Below, in pieces: positions 28,527 through 39,163 of a stretch of 64,000 nucleotides of DNA. The DNA comes from Kondoa subrosea (taxonomy: Eukaryota). Under the pieces are notes generated by a model, which worked only from the letters and a program-made list of their open reading frames with translations, did no database searches and was not told where the DNA came from. The DNA lies in assembly GCA_039545335.1 (NCBI GenBank), contig BCIN01000007.1, positions 1,232,530 to 1,296,529 on the forward strand. The letters are read 5' to 3'. A program made the translations under genes and the position numbers. Within the stretch, counting starts at the first letter, position 1, and each line of letters begins with the position of its first letter.

Positions 28527-30166
28527 ATGACTGAAGTACGCAAGAAGTACGATGCTTCTACACCATTTGAAGATCTAGTCGAATATTCTTTACCTGTCTT
28601 GCCTGTTTTGCAGACACAAATTGTCAAACTCGATGAGAAGCGGAAGTCGAAATTGCGATTTTGGACTTGGCACAAGAATTTGACTGTGCTAGGGAGAGCT
28701 ACACTGTTGATGGCTTTAGAAATCGTACGTTTGATCCTTGTTGCGAACTGTATACACTCAGTGGTAGCACAGGCAGCGAACGGGATCATTTGGATAGCTT
28801 CACTGATCACTTTCCTGCCTCATCGAGAAAAGCGCAATGTACTATCGTTGGCGCTTGTAGCTTGGACGCTTGGCTTGAGGCATGCTTTGGGTGAGTTCTG
28901 CTCGTCGGCGAAGGAAAGAGGCTAACTCGAGGGCAGATGCTGATCAGTACGCTTCGATCAGCTGCTATTGAAGTACGCTGACAAATGAAGCAGTATCTGC
29001 GCTATAGACAAGTATGTTTTGTTCTGCTGCCGGCGCGACTGGTGCTGATGTGCAACGGAATCTACAGCTCAATTCGGCGATTGATAAGTTTAGGGTAAGC
29101 GTCCCCATGTATCAGTAAGACGTAATTTGATAGGCGGACAGACAAGTTCCCGTCACAGTGGGATCGTATTTTAGTCTTGGTCATTCAACGGTAGTCATCT
29201 GCGCAACTCTAGCTATCATCATCAGCGCTTCAGTAGCCAACAAGCTAGACAAATTCCAAAACATTGGCGGCTATATAGGAGTATCAATCTCTTCCGCTTT
29301 CCTTCTTCTCGTAGCAGCAATAAACAGCGTCATTCTCTATCGAACTATTCAAGCTCGCAAACGGTTCAAAGATCAAGCTCTGTCACCTGAAGAAATGGTT
29401 ACAGCTCAAGAAGAAATAGCGACCAATACCTGTCTTTCTCGATTAGCCAAACCACTCTTCAAAATGATTGACGCGCCTTGGAAACTTTACCCTCTAGGAC
29501 TAGTCTTTGGTCTAGGTTTCGATACAGCAAGCTCTGTTCTACTTTTATCTCTGTCAGCAATAGCAAGCGCTTCGCTTTCGGATCATCCTGGAGAACTCAT
29601 ACTCTTGCCGCTCCTATTCACTGCAGGCATGACAGCCATCGATTCTTTAGATGGTTGTATTATGACCCTGGCCTACTGTAAAGGAGCGGATGCGATCAAA
29701 GAAGAGGAGAAGGGCTGGAAGAGATTGAAGTTCTACAAAGATGTGGAGGGAGATGGAGATGGAGATGAAGAGAGGGCTCAACTAATGAAGAATAAAATGG
29801 CGACTTTCAGCGACCTGAGTATAGTAAGCACTTCGTATTCTGATCTAGCTGAGCTAATGTCAGGAAGCAGGTGTTGACTATCTTATCAATCGCTGTTGCA
29901 TTTGCTGTTTCATTCATTCAGCTCATGTCTGTTGCTGCGGAACAGTTGAATGGAACAGAGCGACCGGGATTAGGTAAGGCTTGCTTTTCGATTACTTATT
30001 GATGCTAAGCTGTTTTGTAGAGGGGAGATGGTGGAGATTTTGGGTGGGAATAAACGATGGAGGTTGGTTAGGTATTGTGGTTGTATGTGTTATGGCATTA
30101 GTGATAATAGGTGCATCGGTAATATGGTATATCAAGAAACGAAAGCAGAAGAGAGAAGAACAATAG
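28527..30166 (+). CDS. NIC1: High-affinity nickel/cobalt permease (NiCoT, Nic1-like), multi-exon
   Basis: Spliced signature LGLRHALDADHICAIDN, plus GSYFSLGHSTVV, LYPLGLVFGLGFDTAS and LPLLFTAGMTAIDSLDG. Confidence 0.93.
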
Positions 30167-30178
30167 AATTGCATTGCA

Positions 30179-33100
30179 TCAAATCTGCATGGTTTGCATA
30201 CTATCCCATGTCGTTTTACCGACTTCTCGTTTGATCGTATCGGACCATCGAGTATTCTTGCTGGCTGCTCCGCGCAGATGATAAGCGCAGAAGGTCCACA
30301 AGGCTGGATTGCGCTTCTCTGTGACTTTCTGTTGGACCACCGCTGCCAAGTAAGAGCCGAGCATAGTATCGTTCTCTTCTATTGGCATCTCTGACAGGGT
30401 AATATCGACCGGAAAAGGTGTTTCGATAGTTCTCAGCAGGTGTTCATGATCGACGAAAAGCAAGCGACGGAAATCGAGTGGAAAATCTTTGGTATTCAGG
30501 ACTGGCGGAAGCAGAAGTGCGCTGAAAACTGGATGACCTAACGACGTTGAATCGTACAGACCCAGGAAATCAGCGTATAGTTGATAAAATTGAGGTGTAT
30601 TCATCGGATCGTTGTCTTTCCTTGTTGGCAAGTTATTACAGAGATCAAGCAGATGTGCAGAATACTTCGTCAGCACCGGATCTCTGAACACTGCTTCTTC
30701 TGACGAGACCATTCGAGCATCCACTTGTTCCAGCAAGAAAATGTTCATGAGCTGCAGTCGAACTTGATTTGCAGATGGCAGTGCTTGGAGGTAGAATGTC
30801 TTCTGCTTCCCGGCTGATGCAATAGATCAGGAGAGCCGTCTCATCTCACTCAAAACACAACTCACCTTCTGACAGCTTTTCAATGATAAGCAATAACGTC
30901 CGTAAACCAGCTACTACGATTTCCACCTCGCCGAAGTTCCATGTTTCTGGTAGTGTGCGCAAGACTTTAGATTGAGCTGAATGTAGGAGTTCGTACAGCG
31001 GAAGACTGAGTGGCCAAGCTGGAGAAGAAGATTTGACGTTTGTTTTCAGTGATTCTATCTTACCTATTTCGGCAGGGGTTGAGATATAGCTTGCTGATGT
31101 GGATGTTGGGAAAGTTACAAAAGGAGTCAATATTTGAGCAATAGGTAACTGATTTGGCAGAGCAGGGAACAAATCGTTGAGAAGTTCCGATACCAATTTG
31201 CACGTGGAGGTAGTTTCGCATGACCCAGCAATGCTGACGATAAACAGCTTCGCACTAATTTGATCAGGAAGGTAAGGAAGAAGACAGATCATCAGGGCAA
31301 TCGATAGGGTTGTGATGGGTGTAGGCAAATTTTCAGCTTGATGTTCAAAGACATTCATCGCCATTGCCGTGTCCAACGGTTGCACGCCAAAGGCTTGACC
31401 AAAACTGAGATAGGCTAACAGGTCTTCTTCTCCGCCTTGCCCAGCCAACACCCTTTGCGCCAGCTTCTCGGTTTCTTGCGCAAGATCCAAATGTTGTGGC
31501 AGCTCGCAAAGCACGCCATAAGAAGCGCAACCCTTCTTCCACGCACTTAAACACAGCATACACTCTCTTCTCAAGTCTCCTTTCGTCTCAGGTAGCATGT
31601 CCAGTACTTTTTCTCCCCATTCGCTCATTTGGGTCCAAGAGATCGCATGATCCGGTGTAGTATCATGCGGAGCCATTGAAGCGTTTATCCAATTCCTTGT
31701 CAATCGGACCCAAGAGATAGCTATATCTTCTTCTTCTTCTTTTGAGGTGAAAGAATGCGAAAGATAAGTCGCCCAGGTTGATGCTAAAGTAGAACGATAT
31801 TGACATGCTAAACCATATTTAGCCAAATCGGCTAATAGATTACAAGTCTTGCTTGTTAGATCCAAGGCGAGGAAGTAATATGAAGTTGAAGATAAAGTCC
31901 AGTATGGGATAGCTAAGAAACGGGAAAAGACTTGTAGACTCCCGGATTCGATGATTGTTTGAGCTGTAGATCTTGAGTGATGTACTAAAAGAGATAAGAC
32001 GTCTATAATGTGCGGAAGAGGTAGTGAAGATTCATCCGAAGAAGGAGGCCAGGAAGTAATCAGGCAGAGTTGTTGCAATCTTTCTATCAGAAGGATATGT
32101 TCTGCCAGCTTATCGAGATCTGGGACATGCTTGAGGATAGTACATATGGATGCTAGATCAGACCTTGTCGATTGATCGGCTTCAAGCAGATTTGCCAGAG
32201 TCAAGAAAATGCCCGGTTTCAAATCTTGTAAAGTATGACTGAAGGTTGGTAAGAGAGAAGAGGCTGTAGCTGCTAGATTGATAGCAGCCGAACGTGTTGA
32301 TCTATGCGGACTGGCCATAAGCATCGAAACGACTTCCGCTAATTCTGTTGATATAGATTGAACTTCCTTCAACGAGGAATGTTTGGAGATGATCTCTTGA
32401 AGTAGTCGAAGAGCATATGAACGTTGCTGGGAGACTGACGAGCGGCTCATATTGAGAAGTGAAACAAGAGAGTAAGATCCAGCTTCCCTGGCGTTAAGGT
32501 GACCACTAGAAGTCTCTAGGCTGCTCCCGCCTGTTGTCAGATTACCTCGAGAGTCGAAAGATGGTCCAGAAGATTCAGGGTCGTGAGAATGAGAGTGTTC
32601 GTTCGACTGGGCATTTTGGCCTATCCATTTCACAGTCAACAGATAGCAAAAGATGACTACTAGCGAGCTTGCCTATAGTATCCTCTTCTTTTCCTTTACC
32701 TTTCGCCTTTCGTCTGCTCATCAAGAAAGCCAAGGTCTTTTCATCCAACATTTCTTTGATTTCCCTCTGCTGTTCCTCAATCTCTTGAGGTGACATCTGG
32801 GCTAGTCTTTCATCATTCTCTTGACCAAAATTATCCCCAGAGGACGCTTCCAAATCTCCGCTCCGAGCAGATGTCGATGGATGCGATGCAGGTTCAGGCG
32901 AAGTAGCTCTCTTTTTCGGTAAAGGGAATCCAGTAGCTTGCAAAGTAGATACCACAGGTCCAAGAGGTGCATGCGTAACAGATTCACGCTCTTGTATATC
33001 ACCCATCAAACCAGCTATAGTTTTCGCCTTCCGCGGTTCTTTAAGCTGTTGCCTTTCGAAATCTACAGAAAAGGACTTTGTTCCACTTTCTCCTCCTCCT

Positions 33101-33252
33101 TGATCTAGACGCTTGCTTTCCATTTGTAGAGCGAACTTGGATTTGGGTTTCATTGGCATTGAACTTGTTCGAGTAACTTTGACACTTGGGTTGGACGCAA
33201 AAGCATCTTTCCAGACTTGCTCAGTTTCCAAATCATCTTCCCAGCGTTCCAT
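30179..33252 (-). CDS. RBA50: RNA polymerase II assembly factor RPAP1/Rba50, three exons
   Basis: RPAP1_N-like ENDERLAQMSPQEIEEQQREI. RPAP1_C-like FDSRG...AGSYSLVSLLNMSRSSVSQQRSYALRLL. C-terminal FYQLYADFLGLYDSTSLGHPVFSALLLPP. GC-AG intron at 32621-32672. Confidence 0.85.
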
Positions 33253-33634
33253 ACTGTGATATACAGCTTCTGGTATGCCTGCAAAGGTATATTCAACGGT
33301 AGTTGCTGAACAAGCTGTCCAGAGTGAAATGGAGTCTGGCACTGCATGAGGCGAGAAGTGCCGGAAGACTATGCATAACAGCTCTACAACAGTATAAGGT
33401 ATCTTCTTCTTCTTTCCCAAATCGACCTAAGTCTCCAATTTCACATTTCATTCGCTTTGAACAAGAGAAAAAATTTAGAAACAATTGCACCAAGCTACCG
33501 CAAAGGCATGATAAGGAGAAGGAAATCAACGAGAGAAAGAAGAAGCATGATTGAGCCAACATTAATTGCACAGCGATATATCAGTGAGAGAAGAGTACAT
33601 TATATACATGGAGCGAGACCGGTGTCGCTTATCG

Positions 33635-34546
33635 CTATTTACTGGACATCTTGTATTGCTGTGAGATGGTTCGTATCCCGCATCAGAGACATTCTGAGGC
33701 AGAGCAACTGACCACTCACCGATTTGTTTTGCAGAATTGTCACTCCGCATTGCGAACAAATACCGTCCTTATAGGCGCACTGTACGCCCCAGCGAACTGT
33801 AAGCATGAATCATGCTATAGATCTCCAGACGCACCGATTGACAATACTAAACAAGCAGACATGAGCGAAAGCACCTGTATCGAAAGAGCTTTCTCACCTT
33901 CGCTCCCGGTTTTGCGACTTTGCTCTTGCCTGTATGATAGATCAGACGAGTCCCACTTCGGGATAGTGGCTAGCTTACACTTCTTACACGAAGACACAGC
34001 ACCATCTGCAAATGTGCCAGAAGATGAACCTTCGCCTTTATCGTCTCGCTTGTTTTTCGCTTTCGCTTTCATATCCGGTACCATGTAAGGCATCATCTTC
34101 CTACAGGTACAGCAAGGGAATAATGTTATCTTGGATTATCGCGACCTTGATAACAATGAACATACATTTTCCTGTTAAGCAGTATAAGTACAGCCTTATG
34201 AGAGATGATATTATACGACGCACCGTTTAGATGACAGTAGCTTGTTCTCGCCAATCTTCCTAGATCCAACATCTGATCGGTCGTCGGCACCTTGCATGCA
34301 ATTCATGAGATCATGACCAATCCCAAAGGGAAAGCAGCTCACCCTTCCCTATAGGTTTCCAGACATCCCTATACAAACGTCCTGCAAAGTTAGCCGAAAT
34401 CAAAAGGAATGAGAATTGGACAAACGTCGCTGCCAGGCCAATTCCAAGACTTCGTTCTTTAGCTTCACACCTGCTCAAGAGTTCATAAATCTCCAGTCTT
34501 TGAATGAGAGAAGAAGGAGAAGGGAGCTCAACTTGGCACAGACCAT
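33635..34546 (-). CDS. CRIPT: CRIPT (cysteine-rich PDZ-binding protein) homolog, highly fragmented into small exons
   Basis: Manual splicing gives MVCAKCEAKERSLGIGLAATDVWKPIGKGADDRSDVGSRKIGENKLLSSKRKMKMMPY...SSCKKCKSKVAKPGAKYCQSCAYKDGICSQCGVTILQNKSQYKMSSK*. This matches the CRIPT pattern (MVCxKC, RKxxENKxL, CxxC, YCQxCAYKxGICxxCG). Confidence 0.88.
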
Positions 34547-34596
34547 TTATTCGAGTTGCTTGTTCGCTGACAACCGATTTCCGCACTATTGCAAGT

Positions 34597-36337
34597 ATGG
34601 ATGTAGATATGCCACTAGTCGTGGACAATGGAACGGGATACGTGAAAGCAGGCTGGGTGCGTAAAGCAATGAAATAAGGGCGAGCTGGGGAGACGAGCTG
34701 ATGATTGACAATTACACACAGGCCGGTGCTAGTGAGTCTCTTCGCTCTGCTTTGGCTGTCTGGACAGTATTCGCTAATAACACGGCACACAATAGACTTC
34801 CCTGAACATAGTTTCCCTTCTATTATCGGTCGACCTATCTTACGAGCTGAAGAACGCGGCTCAGCATTGCCTTCTGGTGCAGAGATCAAGGATATCATGT
34901 TCGTCTACTGTTCAGCTTGGTGCACTCACTGTGCTCAATCAGAGTGGTGGAGAACAGGGTTGGAGATCTAGCTTCGGAATACAGGAATTACTTGCAAGTC
35001 ACTCAACCGCTCGAGCATGGCATAGTAAGGAATTGGGAAGATATGGTCAGTACTCTCACTATACTTCTCTACTTCCCTTCTATTACTGAATCAAAGCTCA
35101 TGTTATTTGTTCGAATGAACAGCGCCATCTTTGGGATTACACCTTTGACGAAAAGCTCAAAGTCCGAACTGAAGGTCGCAAGATCTTGCTTACTGAACCG
35201 CCAATGAATCCAACAAAGAACAGAGAGAAAATGTGCGAAATCATGTTTGAGGAGTACAAGTTTGGAGGTGTCTATGTTGCAGTACAAGCTGTTTTAACTT
35301 TATACGCGCAAGGTCTGTTCCGAAGTCCTCCAGCAAGACAGGTTACTAAGACGAGTAAGGGTCCGACAGGCCTTCAAACTGGTGTGGTAGTCGATTCAGG
35401 TGATGGTGTAACCCATATCGTTCCAGTCTATGATGGCTTCTCTTTACCACACTTGATAAGAAGATTGGATGTAGCTGGAAGAGATGTGACTCGCTACTTG
35501 ATCAAGTTGCTGCTTATGCGCGGTTATGCTTTCAACCGAACGGCGGATTTTGAAACTGTTAGACAGATCAAGGAGAAGCTTTGCTATATGTCGTAAGTCT
35601 ACATTCTACTGTCTCAGATCGTACTGAAGCCATTCATGATCGTAAAGATATGACATTGAGCTCGATAAAAGGCTAGCGGAAGAAACCACTGCTTTGGTCG
35701 AAAATTACACAGTTCGTCACAAAGAGATCTACCCTGCAAAGTGCTTTTGCTGAGTAGTTCTCTTTCACGAACAGCTCCCGGATGGTCGAGTCATCAAAGT
35801 TGGCTCAGAACGATTCGAAGCTCCTGAATGTCTATTCCAACCTGCTCTAGTAGATGTAGAACAACCAGGTTGTGCAGAAATGCTCTTCAACACTATTCAA
35901 GCAGCTCCAGTAGATGTCCGATCCGATTTGTACAAGAACGTAGTCCTTTCTGGTGGAAGCAGTATGTATGCTGGATTACCATCTAGGCTGGAAAAGGAGA
36001 TCAAGCAGCTGTACTTGACTAAAGTACTGCATGGGAACCCGGACCGATTGAATGTGAGCTCTAAAGTCACTTAGTGTTTTTAAGCTGAGCGGTATGGTGA
36101 ACAGAAATTCGAACTGAGGATCAAAGATCCGCCAAGGAGGAAGCATATGTCAGTACTTAAACATGTAAAGACTGTGAAGACTGAGTCCGATACTGATATG
36201 CTATGTTCTGCAGGGTCTTCTTGGGCGGAGCTGTTTTGGCCGATATCATGAAAGACCGAGAATCGTTCTGGGTTTCGAAAGCAGAATGGGAAGAGCAGGG
36301 TACACGAGCACTCGCAAAACTAGGGCGGTCAGAGTAG
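34597..36337 (+). CDS. ARP2: Actin-related protein 2 (Arp2/3 complex), multi-exon
   Basis: [108 protein letters not shown]. Confidence 0.97.
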
Positions 36338-36451
36338 GTAAATGTCAGGACAGTAAAAGATTGTACAAATGCATCAGTGGACCCAAAAAAAGCTATACAA
36401 CCATGAGACCTTAAAAAGTGTGCCTATTTACAAAGGGAATGTTATTAGATC

Positions 36452-38782
36452 CTAATCAAAGTCGTCATCAAGATCAATTTGGTCTTCGGCAGCTTGTCCG
36501 CGCATCAATTTCTCGAACTCGTTCTCTTCTTCATCTGCAGGTGCAGGAGCTGTTTCTTCATCGTCATCGGACTCATCCAATGGACCAGCAGCTTCTTCAA
36601 CTCCCATAGTCTCCTCTTCATCGTCTTCAGGTAGCTCTTCTTCTGGCTGTTCCTCTTCCTCCTCGACTTCTTCGGTGACTGGCACCATTCTGGCAGTAGA
36701 ATCGAACTCGCTGGCAGGCGAAGCATCCCTGTCCATTTCGAAGAAGCGCTCAGCACCAGTGTGACTGCTTGCTTCGGTTCCGTCCAGTTTGCCTTTATCG
36801 TTCTCGTCCATGGTGAACAATGAGTCGAGAACGGCATAATTGAGCTTCTTTGAGACTTTCTTCTTCTTGAGCAGTTCAGTAGCAGCTTCAGTTGCTGTGG
36901 CGCCTTTTGCTGTGGTGGAATCTCGAGGCTTGTTGCGCTTGCGCTGTGAGAGATGAATTAGCTGCAACTTATTCGATCGGCGGCAGACAGCACTTACAGT
37001 GCGAGGCTTCTTTCGTACTCCATCTTCATCCTCGGCTAAGCGTTGTTTGGCTAGACAGAACATTGTCAGCGACTCGGATAATAGCTCTTCGCTTGTACTC
37101 ACCGGCAATGTGTTCAAGATACTCTTTGTTCATCTCCATCCACAATCGCTCTTTCTCTTTCGACTCCTCTTCAGTCAATATGAAAGCATCCAGCTCTTCT
37201 TCGTCCAAATTATCAAGTCTGTTTTCTTCGGCAAATTCTGCTCTTTTGCGCTCGTGCTCCTGGACTTCAGCCTCGATTGCAAGAGCATGCTTCGTGTGCA
37301 TGTGCTCCTCAATCTCTTCCTCGATAGCAGGGTCAACAACATCTCGTTCGTAAGCTGCAACAACTGGATCGACCGGTTCAGGAGTTGGAAGTTTTTTCTT
37401 TGGTCTGCCTCTTCCCTTTTTCTTAGTAGCAGGTTCGCCCAATGTTTCTGGATCGATCAAATCGTCGTTATTGATACCAAGATCGCCCAAAGGAATGCCT
37501 TCAAGGAGCTGTTCTGTGGTTTTGCTGCTTTGATCTGCCACAGCGTGAATAGCAGCCTCGTCATCATCGTCCAATGCGGCTCCCTCTTCTTCTTCCTCAT
37601 CATCTTCGTCTTCTTCATCTTCGCCGTGCTTTCGTTTTTTGCCCTTCTTCTTTTTGGCTTTATCTTTCTTCAAGCTTTCAAGATAAGCGGGAGGATCAAC
37701 AGCTTCATCTAGCCAGACTGAACGAAAGTCTTGAACAGACAATTGTGAAGTAGGCGTCTTCTTGAACTCGTTCAATCGTTTCTTGATGGTAATATCAGCG
37801 ATTTTGACCACTTGAACGATTTCTTCGACACTTCTTCTGAAATTGTTCATACGTGCAGCAAGAAGGCAGCAAGCACCACAAATTCCAGCTGGACGTCTAC
37901 CAGTGTTCATCCAATCACGATCGAAGCGCTGAACCAGACGAACAGCATCTTGAGCGACTTTCTGAGTTTCATCGCCGAAATCAAGCAGTTGAGTGAAGCG
38001 AGTGATGTACAGAGATGGGTCAATAGCTGGGATGGCAGCGTTCTGACCACACAATTTGACTAATTTGAGGTAAGTAGAACCGAGAACAAAGACATTGACC
38101 TGTACAAAACCTCAGACTTAGTACTTACCGACGGTACCAGACGTCTTAATCCTTACCTGCAACTGATCGCTGAAATCGATCAACATATGTGTTGTCTTCT
38201 CCATCCGACAAGCGATATAGGCACATGCAGCCGCGACATAAACAACTCTTCTTCCCTTGACGAACCCGTTTGCAATAGCGAGATTGTACCAACGAGACGC
38301 CGTGTCGATAATACGATCGGATAAGCCAAGCGCATTGCCTAAGCGTGAGATCTCGCGTTTGCCTTGTGCGACGCTCAGCTCAATATTTGCGATAACTGAA
38401 GAGAAAGCTTACCGTTGATTCTGGCTTGGTCAGCACTTTCCATGCCATTAGATCGCATACCACCAGGGCCAATAGTCCTTGCTCCAGCTGCGTAGCATTT
38501 ATTGGTCAGGTGTTCGAGTGTGTCAACAGAAAGACTCACTTGATCCAGCAGCAACATGAGAGCCTTGTACGATAGCTGCACCACCAGCGGTTTCACCAAA
38601 CTGAATCTCGGAAACGATTTGACTGTCTTCATAGACCTAGAGAAATATGCAAATCAGCAACCCACTTGGCTCTGTGAGTTTGGAATACTAACGAAACCGC
38701 AATTGGCGCATGAGGAGTTGCCGCTAGCTGGATCATATTCCTTCCTCGCCAATTCCGAACAGTTTGGGCACAAGTATTGCAT
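36452..38782 (-). CDS. BRF1: TFIIIB subunit Brf1, multi-exon
   Basis: N-terminal Zn ribbon (CPNC...CANCG). Cyclin folds (IDPSLYITRFTQLLDFG, DWMNTGRRPAGICGACCLLAARMNNFRRS). BRF1 domain (ILTEEESKEKERLWMEMNKEYL, KKVSKKLNYAVL). Confidence 0.95.
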
Positions 38783-39163
38783 TTTCGTTCCTTAATTCTC
38801 TTGCAATGCCAATAAAAGCCCAGCCGAAGAGAGGCCCCTTGCTATGTATCTTTGAATGATGCTTAGAGCCGCTCTGTTTACTTCTTGCGCGCTTGTAAGG
38901 AAGCTCAGAATGAGATATACTCGACTCGAATCGAACTCGCGGTCGTTTTTTGGTCAAAAGGCGTTTTGAAAATTCATAAGTGGTCGAACGGTTTGGACCG
39001 AATTCAACCAGAACTGCACTTTACAAGCCTGAACGGCTCAAATGAACACAAAACGAACATTCAATCGTAATAACGTTACACAAGCTATGTTACAAAGTCA
39101 CTCAGCAGAACAGTTTTGCCCCTTCTCCCCCTTCTCTCTCTTCCTATCCTCGTCAATTAATCC

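Noticed and set aside
36999..37712. 237-aa plus-strand ORF, and many similar ORFs in the track
   Set aside because: Antisense shadow of the acidic, low-complexity BRF1 exon with no protein-family features.
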